NCBI GenBank assembly: GCA_036867785.1
Contig: CP145425.1
Span: 682,001 to 741,057 of the forward strand
DNA: 59,057 bases
Source: Plasmodiophora brassicae
Taxonomy: Eukaryota
Reading direction: 5' to 3'
The notes beneath the pieces were generated by a model. It was not told the origin of the DNA. It saw only the letters and a list, made by a program, of their open reading frames with translations, and did not search any database. Positions 37,144 through 49,300 of this stretch are shown piece by piece. Made by a program: the position numbers and the translations under genes. The stretch's first letter is position 1, and each line of letters begins with the position of its first letter.

Positions 37144-40100
37144 GCTGGCGATCGCTCAGCCGAAACGTCGGGTCGCGCGGATCCGGCATCCGGCGAGGGT
37201 GCAGGCGAGCGGCTTCGCTGGCGGGCGGCGCCGTCAGACGGGCGTAGTCGTTCAGCTGAATGGCCACGTAGTCGATGGCGATCCCGGTGTCGGCCCTGTT
37301 GAAGTGTAGCGCCCGGATGCGCCAATCGATGATCGGTCTGAGCAGGCGCATTGAGTCAGTACATCGAGCGGCAATGTGGTACCGCGACAGGTTCTTGTCA
37401 TTGCAGGCGCGGCACTGGGCGTTGGTGCCCGGGATGCGGTTTGTGACCCATGACGCCACCGCGTATGCGTCGTTGCCCGAGTGGTACGCGGCCGGGAAGG
37501 GCAGGTTGTACGTCTGCAGCTGCAGGCGCATCAGCTTGCAGAACGCGTTGGCAGCGGTCCATGTGTGCAGCTCGAGCGCCTGCAGCAGTGCGTCTTGCCG
37601 ATCGGGCAGGCGTGGGCGCTTTCGTGTCGGTCGGCTGGCCTCGACGTCGGCGAGTTCATCGTTGTTACGCATCGCGCGTGCCTGTTCGCCGTTCCTGTAG
37701 ATGGCCGTCGCATCCGCGTAGACCTTGCAGCCCTTCAGCATCATGTTGAATCGGCTGCGCGGGTTGCTGAGCGCCCAACGCGTGACGCGGACAAGGAACG
37801 GGACGCGATCGCCATCCTTGATCTGCTCCGACCACGTGACCTACTTGAACGCGAACCGGGCGCGCAGCTTGGCATGGCGGGCGGCGGCGGGCACGAGCCC
37901 AGCGTACCGGAGCATCAGGGACGAGCCGATGCGGCGGCGGTATCCACCGAAGAACAGGACGACGGCCGACTTCTGCAGCTGGTCGAGCTTCTTCAGTAGG
38001 CCGACGTGGCTGTTGCTGATCGCGAGCCTGTACTCGGCGCGCGAGCGGATCCAGGCGCCGACGACGCGCGTCTTTCGAACGATCGACAGGTGCTCCGTCC
38101 TGAACACGCCCGTCTGCATGATGCCAATCATCGCCTTCTCGGCCTTCGAGGTACGCGTCGTGAGCTGGGCACGGTGGTCGAGGCGGCCATTCTTCATGAC
38201 GACGCCCAGGAAGCACACGGGCTTGTCGAGCTCGTCCTCCTCGACGACGCGGTTGCCGGCGATGGTCAGGGTGCGCGGTGCCGGTTGTGCAGCGGACGGC
38301 GACGCCCGCGGTCTGGATACGATCGACTTGGACGCGTTCCATTCGAGGTCGTGGCGCTGCGCGTACTCCTGACAGAGGTCCATCATGGCCTGGGCCATGT
38401 CGTCGGTGAACGTATGCAGGAGCGTGTCATCCGCGTAGAATTGGCACGGGACCGGCATGTGGTCAAACATTGGGCACTCGTCGCCGAAACGCGACACGAT
38501 CTGGTACGGTAGGTCGTCAATCAAAACATTGAACAGGTCGAGGGAGCCAATGGCGCCCTGGAAGAGGCCGACGGGCGCGGCGATCCGCTCGGAAAGCTGC
38601 CCGTCCAGGGCGATAATGAAGTGGCAGCCGTCAAACAAGGCTTGCAGGACGGCGATGAATGGGCCGGCAAACCGCGCCTCTGTAGCTTGTTGTAGACGTG
38701 GATGCGGCGGGCGCTATCGTACGCCTTCCTCATGTCGAGGAGGACCTCGATCAACGGCTTTCGTCGTGCCGCCCAGTGGGTGGTCAGCTCGTCGGCCACC
38801 CATAGAGCTTCGGGGACACCGATGCCTCGCCGAAATCCAACCTGGAGGAAGTGCATCTGCAGCCACCCCTTCAGGTGCATGTGCGTGATCAGACACGTCG
38901 CATATGCCTTCCGGAGGTGGGACTGCAGCGCAATGCCTCGCCAGTTCGACGGGTCTGCGGGTTCGGTGTTCCGTTTGTGCACGGGCACAACGAGCGCCGA
39001 CCGCCATTCAGACGGCACAAGCTGCACAGTGTACAAGCAGGTGAACATGCAAGATATCCAGGGGCCGGCGGCATCCGGATCACACTTCAGGAGGTCCATC
39101 GGTATGTTGTCCGGGCCGACCCCCTTCATCCACTCATGCCGCTTGATGATGGCGGTGACGACAGCGGGACCGAACGCCTGGCGCTCCTCGTCGTCCAGGT
39201 CGGTGGAGAGACGCGGAGAACGCAGGCGCGGGCCGTCGTCCACGCCCGGCTTCTCAAAGACCGCTTTCCAGTGGTCAGTGAACTCCTCCATGGACGGCCG
39301 CTGGCTTGGCTTGAGCTGCGACGTCGCCGAGAAGATACGGCGCATGGAGCTCAGGTAGAAGCGGAGGTCGCACCGCTGCAGTGCTTTCCAGTCGGGGCGC
39401 ATCGACGCTGAGTGGCCCCGCTTCGACGCAGAGCTAGACCAGCAGGCGATGTCCTCGAGGACGGCACGGAGAACGGCAGTACTATGGCGGTACAGGCTGT
39501 CGACGGCTTCCTGTAGGACGGCGACTGGTTGATCGAGCAGGTCGTCGAAGTCCAGCGTGGAGTCCATCCACAGGGATCGGACGTAGTTATAGGCCGGAGC
39601 CAGCAGCATCGACAGGGCAGGACGATCGTCAGGGTCGGCGAACCGATACGACGTGGTCGCTCGCAATAATCAGCATCCGATGCGCGGTGCTGACAGGGGC
39701 ACCCACCACGCTCAAGCTGGAAGCGTCGAGGCCGCGAGTCAGAGCGAGATCGGCGACGGAGCGCCCGTTGCCGTTGGGCACCACGAATGTCCATCGGTTG
39801 GGATCGCCACGGAGCGGATAGTTAAGCAGCGATAGCGAGCAGCGTGCGGCCAGCGCCATCACGTGGGGCTTCCTCGGGCACGACATGCTGTCGCCCGAGA
39901 CGTCACCGAGTCGAGCGTTGAAGTCGCCGACAACGGCAACCCTGTCGCGGGCCGAACAGTGTGTCCCGATGGCGTTCGCCAGGGCACCCAGCGTCATTTC
40001 GTACTCGGAGACAGGCAGTGATCGGCTGGGGCGAATGTACACGCCGACGACGAGCAGATCTTCGCCAACGCGCCAGATTGCCCATCGCGGGGCGGATCGG

Positions 40101-41720
40101 TTGCGCTCGCGGGCGACCTCTTGCAGGGCGACGGTGGCCGGGGCCATGATGCTGATGCCGCCGTGACCGCGAAGTTCGCCGGCGGAGCGCCCACCAGCGA
40201 CGTGTCGGACATTATAATCTGCAAGGGCGTTCGTTAGTAGTGATTCAGGTCGTACATAGATTTCCACAACGGCCGCCGCCGTGAGGCGACGATCTCTGAA
40301 GAAGGCGGCCGTGGCCTGGAGCTTGGCAGCGTCCAGACCATCGGAATTCCACGCAGCGATTAGCATCGCTGCGTGGAGTTCGTCTCAGTCGTCCCTGCCA
40401 GCCCGGCCGAGGCCGGCGCCGGCAGGACAGAGCGCATGGTGCCCTGTTCGTCGGTCTGGGGTACGCTGCGCGCTGCAGCATCGTTGTCAATGGAGGCGGC
40501 TGGGCCGCCGCCAGCTCGTTCGTCCGCCGCGCCAGATGGTTCATCCTCCTCCTCCTCCTCCGGGGTCAGGGATACAGCTGGGCGTTTGGCGATCGGCCTG
40601 CGCCGCATGTTGTACGACTTCTGGCTGTCGAGCTGGGACGCGTTGTCGTCTCGGTCGTCCCCCGGCATTCCCAGCAGGTCGGAAGATGGCGGCGCGAGCT
40701 CGTTGATGATTGAGGCGACTGGGGGGTAGAGCGCGTCCATCGCACATGAGCTGCATGAGTCGGCATTGGTGTAGGCGTCGTCGTCGCTGATGTCAACGCC
40801 TGGGCGGTCGTCCTCGGGCGTGCTTTCGACAGGCGCCACGCTGTCGTCAGTACTTGGGGCAGCCTGCACAGGAACAACAGCAGGCGGCGCGTCAGTGGGC
40901 CTCACAGGCCCCGAGCTCACCGGCGGGCGCGGCTGCTCCTCAGCCGGTGCCCAGGATGCGGCCGAGTGCCATCGACCGCATCTTCATCACGCATATGCAC
41001 GCCGACCACGTCCTCGGTCTGCCCGGCATTCTCCCTCAGACTGTCCGGACAACGCCCTTGCATATCTACGGGCCGCTGGGCCTCAGGGCATACATTCGCA
41101 ACACGTTGCAGTCGGTCTGCACGAACCTGCAGATTCCGTACTACGTTCACGAGATCAAGGTCGACCGTGCGAACCCGGATAAGCCTATCCGAGTGTACGT
41201 TCGCGTGCGTTTCCGTGGACCCTGTGGTCTGAGCTTGGCTTCCGTGTCGATAGTCTAAACGATGGGCGATTCGAGGTACATGCCGCTCCTATTCGTGGCT
41301 CGGCCGGCGCCGCCCTTGACCGCTCCCAGTCAAGCGTGGCTTCGAACTGGCGCTTCGCGGATCGTCGCAGACAGCTGTCAACGCGGCTCGTGATTCGCTC
41401 CAGCCGGTAGATGAAGATGTCGTTCGCGAACGACTCTTGATCTGGCTTGGACAGCTTGCGGAACGCCGCCGAATCGAAAAGGCACGGTTCTGTCGGGCGC
41501 CGGTCGAAGTAGGTCCGGTAGTCGTGGTGGATGAGCCTGTTGACGATGTCGTTGGTCTCGTGCTCATAGGCCCACACGTCGAGCATCGACGTCCCATGCA
41601 GGAACCCGATTTCGACAATCTTGCGAATGTCGAATTAGCCCTTCGTTTTCAGGATTCGACGGATTGCACTGAGCGGCTGGCGTCGGAAACCGCGAACGTA
41701 CATCGGGCGCAGCTTCCAGC
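37144..41720 (-). mobile_element. Decayed non-LTR retrotransposon copy 1 (ORF1 + APE endonuclease-RT-CCHC ORF2), truncated at both ends
   Basis: APE: IAAWNSDGL, VGVYIRP, VVGDFNARLG, RSVADL; RT: WRGIALQSHLRK, QVGFR, LLDMRKAYDS, GLFQGAIGS, FYADD, CFLGV; CRAC..RYHIAARC; frameshifts ~39660 and ~38660, TAG at 37841; ORF1 stop overlaps ORF2 ATG at 40360-40366. Confidence 0.9.
40955..41253 (+). pseudogene. Captured RNase Z (ElaC/tRNase Z) exon plus following intron, inserted antisense inside LINE ORF1
   Basis: IDRIFITHMHADHVLGLPGIL...PLHIYGPLGL (HxHxDH motif); cag acceptor at 40952-40954, gtacgt donor at 41195, tag acceptor at 41251-41253. Confidence 0.8.
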
Positions 41721-41886
41721 AACGATGCTCAGCTGGAAGCTGCGCCCGATGTACGTTCGCGGTTTCCGACGCCAGCCGCTCAGTGCAATTCATCGAATCC
41801 TGAAGACGAAGGGCTTCGACATCCGCAAGATCGTCGAGATCGGGCTCCTGCATGGAACGTCGATGCTCGACGTGTGGGCCTATGAG
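41563..41886. repeat. ~155-bp imperfect inverted repeat of LINE ORF1 sequence with an 11-bp spacer
   Basis: Arms 41563-41720 and 41732-41886 are reverse complements; both encode WKLRPMYVRGFRRQPLSAI...SMLDVWAYE. Confidence 0.9.
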
Positions 41887-44800
41887 TAGACCCGTTTGAC
41901 AGGTGACAACCCGTGAAGCATGAAGAAATCCGCACCAAAAATAGGCGCATGGCTGGATGCCCGATTCCGGGGCGCACGCGTGTCTGCGGATTGCGGAGGC
42001 TGCTTTCCAAGCGTCATCGGCGAACTGCCATTTATGGGACCGTGCCGAGCAGGTGCCATCTCCGTGGTGGGCGTCGTCAGCACGGCAGACGACCCGACGA
42101 CGCTGCCGCCAACGCCGCCTACTGCGATATCATACACTGCCGCCCGGTCGGCACCGTACGGCACAAGTGGTCCAGACCCAGGTGCGCCTGCCTGACCTGT
42201 CCGCTCGCGCCGACGTCGCCGCTGAACAGAGGCCCGGGTCAACGCGACCACTACGACCTCAATACGGCCTGCTGGACGCCAGGCGACGTTTCCGACACGT
42301 CTGCGAGATCGTACTGCACCTTGACGATAGGTACAAGTCATCGCCTGCTGCACAGTCACGCAGGCCTTCTGACACGCTGGACGTCACAGGTCTGCCGTCG
42401 AAGCGGGATGGGTACAACGTCGCGCAGGCCTGGTGACGCACTCGTCGTCCGACAATTGCTACGACTTGGCATGCCGCGCCCCAGCCCTGCACCATGCGCC
42501 GGTGGCTGGCTGTCCAGCCAGGGTCGTCGCCGACCTCCCTGTCTGCGCGTCGAGCGGTGCCTGCCTGCCTGCGCTGTGTCCGGCATCGCATGTCGCAAGT
42601 CCTCGACGTCCCGAGGCGCCTGACGACTGTTGCGACATCGTCGATGCATCCTTCAGGATGTCTGCAGATGCGCCGAACACTTCTGGGCGTACGCCATGCA
42701 CTGGTACGGATTGTCGTCTAATGCAAAGGATCCGGGCCTCACACGTTCTGCACAGGACTCGCACCTCGCGTGTCGCCGACGACCTGTCGCGCCTGCTTGC
42801 CCTGCTTGCGTCCTCGCCGTGGTCGTCGTCGACCGGCGCCACCGGCAAACGCGGCCGCCTACGACCATAACAGGGCGCTGCTGGCCGCCTGTTCACCTCC
42901 TGGTCAGCGGCGTGTCGTCGCCCTGATTGCCCTAGTCACCGACGCCCGGATACGCCTTCCTGCCCCTGTTTGCGTCCATGTCGACGTCGCCGCCGACCAT
43001 ATCTGGACGGGACAACTCATTCACGACGAAGACAACGCCCCTGCGACGCCGCCGCCACCCTAACACCACGGGTCAATAGATCTACCACGACCGCGACACG
43101 TCCTGCAGGACGCCTGCTGACGCACCAGATACATCTGGCCGGACGCCCTGCACCTTCACGACAGGTACGAGTCGACGTCTGACGATGCACGGGGTCCCGG
43201 GACATTTGACATTCTGGACAGGACTCGAGTGCCGTCGCCTATCCAGCATGAGGACATGCAGCGCAGCAGGCATCATGGCGATAACGCTGCTTTTCTGCGA
43301 GGTGAAGGCCCATTAACCTGTTGCCTTTCGAACCGGCTGACATTCGTGTCGTTCCCGGCAGGCGCCAGCATTGCTGCTCAGAATCCAGGCGAGTTCGGAA
43401 CCATCGTTGTTGCCGCGTCGGCCCCTGCTGGTACTGGTTTGACGAATTGTGCATCTCCAGCCTGGCTGACATCCCCGGTATTCTGGCAGACACTGGCGAT
43501 GCTGGTAAGAATCCTGACGAGTGCTGTGTCACCCCTGTTGCCGCCGTGCGCCCTTTCTGATGCTGGTCGGCAGGCGTCACGTAATCGACTTCCTGTTCTG
43601 GTCGACCTTCAGGCGACTGCAAGCTGCTTGAACCACTCCATTCTGGTACGCCGTCCGCTGATTCCCCTTGGTATCGCATCGCTTTTGAACGATTCTGCTT
43701 GTATTGCAGGTACCGCCTTGGACCGGCTCGCCGCCATACGACGCGGTGTCCCTTCGCGTATGTCACATGCCCATTCCATTCGGTGCAAGAATCTGATCCC
43801 GACCACTGAAGAACTGTCGCCCGGTGAGGCCGTCATCGTGCGTCCAGATGCGCCACCTGTCCTGTATCGCCTGGCTGACCCATAGATCAGGCCGTCAGTT
43901 CCATAGCACGTACAGTGACAATCCGCTCAGACATTCTAACCGCTGTCCTACAGGTCGGCCCTAACGCGCCTGCCTGCCCTGCCCGAGCCCACGCTGATGT
44001 CGCCGCCCACCATCATCACTGACGGCCGGATTCACTACGACCAGAACACGTCCTGCTGGACGCCTGCCAGCGAGCCCGATACGTCTGGGCGAACGTGCGG
44101 CGCCTCCTGGACAGGTACGATTCTTTGCGTGATGCATCGAGTCGGGCACTCTAACACGTGGTGGACAGAACAGGCCTGCAGTCAGCGCCGTTTCCCGTCC
44201 AGCGTGAACACCAGCAAGACAGCAGTTGTGCTGCGTCGACGGGGTGGGGACAACGTCGCGCCGACCTGCTCCTCAGCTGAGGTGGCACGCGGGCGGCACG
44301 CCCATCGCTGCAATCGGTCGCGAGCTCACCTGCACTGCACCATGTGTCTACGCCCGGCCGACAAACCAAGGTCATCGTCGAGGCCCCCATCTGCTTGCAC
44401 ATCTGCGCCTGCCTGCCCTGCCTGCCGTCGAGCAGGGCGGCGCCGCCTATCGTCCGTTGCCGCCGGTTGACATGCGAACGCCTACCTGCCATCGACGACC
44501 CGCCGCCATCCCGGCCGGCGTATTGCCACAACCAGACCCGTTCAATACAAGCTCACCGTGTCGTCACACGCGTACAACGACAGTGCACATTCGTCCTGGC
44601 GTCACCGGGCGCCCAACGGTAGCCTTTGCTGCAACCGTTGCCGTGGAGGCGAACTTGGCGCTCATCGGGGTGATCGTCAGCTATGCATGCATTCGTCAGG
44701 CACCAGAATGAGGTCAACGGACGGATTCGAGCACACGTCGTCGATCGCGATGGGATGATGTCGCATTACGGTTCGGACGTCAAGTTCACGAGAGCCTTCG

Positions 44801-44999
44801 CCCACAGATGGTCGGAGATACCATCCACAGTGTCAGGTAGCTGCTGCACGTCCGGCACCGCTCCCGCCAGACTCAGTGGCAATACGTTGTCAGCGCACAC
44901 CATCATCAATCGGTGATCGACGAGGCTGATGAAGGCACCGGCTGACAATAATGCTCATTTGGGTCAAGCTTCTCCAAGTATCGGTGAACAAGCGAAAGT

Positions 45000-45343
45000 T
45001 TCGTTTCCATCGACCACCCGTGGTAGTGTAGAAAACATTCAACTACTCAGCGCCTGCGAGGAACGGTGACAATTCCTATTGCTTAAATACGTAGCTGTTG
45101 CTGTAGAGTGCTCGTATATTCTCTGATTGTCACTATCATCGACAGAACGATCAGCACAGAGAAATGAAAAGATTCGTTTCCATTTTGACCACCCGTGGTA
45201 CTGAAGAAAACATTCAACTACTCAGCGCCTGCGAGGAATGGACTCAATTACTATTGCTAAAATACGTAGCAGTTGCTCTAGACTGCTCGTTTGCTCTATG
45301 ATTGTCACTATCATGTACAGAAAGAGGAGCACAGAGAATTGAA
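45000..45343. repeat. AT-rich tandem duplication, two ~173-175-bp units
   Basis: ttcgtttccat..gaccacccgtggta..gaaaacattcaactactcagcgcctgcgaggaa..tgattgtcactatcat..agcacagagaa occurs twice. Confidence 0.9.
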
Positions 45344-45646
45344 TCCACGCAGGGCCCGCGCGCGGCGACGTTGGGTCCGTCTGCATGCCGACCATTTCAG
45401 ATCTGGCGAGACTAGCAACCGGTAAAGACGCGGTAGCGCAACGCGCACGTAGAACAGTTGGTCCCGCCCAATTCCAGCCAAACGCGTCTTCGCGACCACC
45501 TTAACCATGAGCATACGTGTGGCCACGGGCCAAGTCGAACGTCTCGGATGAGTCGACCTGCCACGACGCTCTTCTGCCAGGTTACGCCATGCAATGCAGA
45601 CCCGTCCATTGCGTTATTGAAATGGAAAGCATCCGGGGCAGGTTTA

Positions 45647-46300
45647 TTATACACGGGCGGCCATGCACCGATAGAACAGCATGCGGTAGACGCGCCTGGT
45701 TAGCAGGCCGGCGACATGCGGGTCTCGATACCGCACGAGGCGACTGGTGTCGCAGAAGGCCCAGCAGCCACTCGCCTGCTTCACCCAGGACACGTAGTGT
45801 CCTTGGTCTTGACCAAGACGCTGGGTGTCACCACCCTGGTAGTCGACGAGACCGACCAACTCGAAGTACGCCGGGCCAACCTGGACAACCGGCATCTGAT
45901 GCAGGCCTGTGTCCGCTGAACTGCCCCTGTTCATCAACGAGTTCCGCGCCCTGTCCATGGTTCGAACAACCACATCTCTGGGGTCAGGTTGCACCTTCAC
46001 ATCCGCCGACCCGTGGCGCGACACTGATATTGTTCGTATCCCAGGCGTTTCGGCACCTCTGTACGCAACCGGCGAATGAAGATGGATGCCGGGCAACGTA
46101 AAGCAGACGCCGATCCCGCGGTGGGTGCAATCTCGGCGCGATCGTCTACGCGACGTCGCTGCAAGTCGCGAAAGCCGTCCTCTGCGTCGTCCTGCATGGC
46201 CGCCCGACATGCCGTTGTGTTCGGCATCACACGGCGCAGGTCGTCCCTGACGTCGCGCCTGCCTGCACCCGGGCCGACGTCGCCGCCGACCAGTGACATT
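45647..46300 (-). pseudogene. Ubiquitin-specific protease (USP/UCH)-like C-terminal fragment
   Basis: His-box-like YFELVGLVDYQGG...GHYVSWVKQASGCWAFCD...YRMLFYR; QDDAEDGF (QxDAxEF-like) upstream in another frame; no Cys box found. Confidence 0.6.
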
Positions 46301-49300
46301 CTCCCAACAGACCCGCTACCACCTCAACACGTCCTGCTGGACGCTTGATGTCTCGCGCGTCATCGAACTCGTTAGCCGCATGCAACACGTCCTGCTGATG
46401 GGGTATCGTCGCGTCCAGCGCGTCTGTGAGAACGCCCTGCACCTCGAGGACAGGTACGAATTGTCGCCTCAGGCACAGACCCAGGCCGTCTAACTCGTGC
46501 TGGACAGGACACGCCTGGCATCGCCTGCCGTCTTTCGTCCAGCATGAGCTGCTGCGGGGCAGTGGTCGTCCTGCCGGGCCGGGCCGGGTCCAGCACCGCG
46601 CCGGCCAGCTCCTCAGCTAAGGCGGCGTTTAGACCGCCCGCAGCAGCTCGCTGCGTTCGGGCTGGCGCGCCCTTGACCTACATCATGCATCGATGGGCGA
46701 CGAACAACCAAGGGCGCATCTGCTGTCCCGTCCGCCTGACGAGCGTCGCTTGCCTGTCCTGCAGATCGTCCAGCAGGCCAGCGGTGTCCAGCACCAGTTG
46801 CCGCCGGTCGACATGCGGGCGCGTACGTACGAAGACCCGCCGCCATCCCGCGGGCCGTCACATCTTCACAAGTTGATCTTCTTCAATACAAGCAGACGAG
46901 GTCTATACGTGCGTGCACCGCACCTGCAGGTCGTCCTGGCGTCAGCTGTCACCGAGCGGCAGCGTTCGAAGAATGCGGTGCAGGGGGGGGCGGCGCCCGT
47001 TCCCGGGCGTGGGCTCCGCCGTCTCGCGCCACCTGCGTGTCGATCATGGCTAAAGGCCGATCACCTCAATCCAGCGACGTAAGCAGGTCTGTCATGGCCG
47101 CGGGCAGGTACAGCAGTACCTGGCACCAGATTCCCAGCAGACGGTGTCGTGTCCGCCGCCGCCTGACAACGACCCGCCATCCTCCCTGTCCGACATACAT
47201 CCACAACCAGAACCGTTGAGAGCAACTACTAGACCAGTTGCATTCGCGCGGATAGCCCCCTGCAGGCCGCCCTGGCGTCCCGTTGCGCCGAACAGCGGTC
47301 CTCGCTGCAGTGGGTGCAAAGCGACGGCGCACATCGCCGATGACGTTCGCCGACATCGCCTCACCTGCGTGTCGATGACTACAAGTCAGGCCAGACGATC
47401 AATACAGGCTTGTCGGCATTGACACACGCATGTAGGGCAGTTGATCGCGTCCGTTTCCCAGCAATGCCTCGCGTTCAGCGCCCGCCACTGTGCGTACGTA
47501 CGCGCCAGGTCCACGTCGAGGTCGACCTGGTGTCGCCGGCATGACATCGGCATGCGACTCTCGTTGCTAAGCCGTTGGATGGCGCCATCCTACATTACCT
47601 TGTGGCCAGGTATCCAGTTCGGATACCAGGTCTGTGCACAGCGATCGATCGCCTGCAGGTAGGCGCCAGTCCAGATTCGTCCACGTGGGCAGCAGGGCGC
47701 CGACTCCATGGGGGCGGGCGACGTCGACGCGACCGACCACCCGACGACGCCGCCGATCGCCTCGCCGTCGCCGCCCATTGCAACGTCCTACAAGGCCGCC
47801 CGATATCCAGTTGTGCTCGGTACTGCGTGGGGCAGGTCGTCGACGCCCTGGCACCTAAGCCTGCCCGCACAGCATCCGCGCCGACATCCCCGCCTAGCGA
47901 CGCCATGGGCCAACGGACCCAGTGCACCACTACACCTCCCGCTGGACGCTTGCCGACACGTACGACGCGTCTGGGCGGAGCATGTGCACCTCCAGGACAG
48001 GTATGGGGTGTTCCTTGATGCACAGCCGCGCGGATTCACTGACATTGTTGGCAGGACCGACCAGCAATCGACCGTTCAGCACGAGCACCTGCAGGGCACT
48101 AATCGTCGTTCCTAGAGGGGCTGGAGCCAACCCCAGGCTAGCCTTCTCGAGGACTGGGGCGGCGTCCTGACTGCCCGCCGATCGTTGCATTTGGTCCGAC
48201 GCGCCCGTGCTCTGCACCATGCATCGCCGACGGGACGGCCAACCAAGGGCGTCGCCAGGCTTCCCGTATGCCAGCGAGCAGCGTGTTCCTGTCCTGCAGG
48301 TCGTCCAGCAGGGCAGTTTCGCCCGTTACTACTGCCCGACATGGAAACGTCTGCCACCGTCGACGACCTGCCACCATCCCTGCCGACATCTGCCTGAACC
48401 AGAACCGTTCGAGTTACAAGCAGACCAGGTCGACACACGCGTACGTCTTGCCCGCAGGTTGTCCTGGCGTTAGCCAGCACCGCGCGACAGCATTCGATGA
48501 AACTGGGAGAGGGAGCAGTGCCCGTCGCCGACATCGGCGCCGCATGTGTGTGAACCATAGTAGATCAGGCAAGACGAGCAACCCCAGTCAGTTTTGTGCC
48601 TCGTCAAACGCACGTGGCACAGCGCTGGTAGCCCATATTTCCTGCGAACGTTTCACGTCCATCGCCGCGACGACTCTCCGACCACCGACACGGGTCATCG
48701 CACCCACTTTGAACGCAACACATATATCGTCCTGGACATCTGCCGTCGCGTTCCCGGTTCCACTATGACCGCAGCGCGCCCTGATGGATGCTTGCCGTCG
48801 CGTTAAGCTCGTCTGGGAGGACGTCCTTCACCTCCAGGAGAAGAATGTTTGTTCGCCTGAAGCACGGAGCTTCATGTTCAAAGGGCACTCGCGCCGTCCT
48901 CCGCCGTCTCAAGTCGACAAACAGTCCCCGCAAGGCAGCCGTCACCCTGCCTAGGCTGGACGGAGCCAGCATCACTTCTGTGGCGGCGTCCTGCCCCCCT
49001 GTCGACCTTGGCAATCGAGGGCGTGCGCCAGTGCCCTGCACCGTGCGCCGATGGGCGGGCCCACCATCCAAGGGCGTCGCTGAGCTCCAAGTCTGCTTCC
49101 ATACAGAGCGCCAGTCTGTCGAGCGTATCATACATCAGGCCCGTCGTTCCCAGCGGCAGTTGTTCGCCCTGCGCACGCCTCCCTGCCACCGACGACGTCC
49201 CGACACCATCCCTGCCGGCATATTGCCACAACCAGAACCGTTCAATACAATCAAATGAGGTCGAAGTCGCGCGCAGCACCGGCACTCAACGGCAGGAGAT

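Noticed and set aside
45000-45343. Telomerase RNA, snRNA or hammerhead ribozyme candidate
   Set aside because: No CCCTAAAA template, no recognisable snRNA sequence, no complete CUGANGA/GAAA core seen
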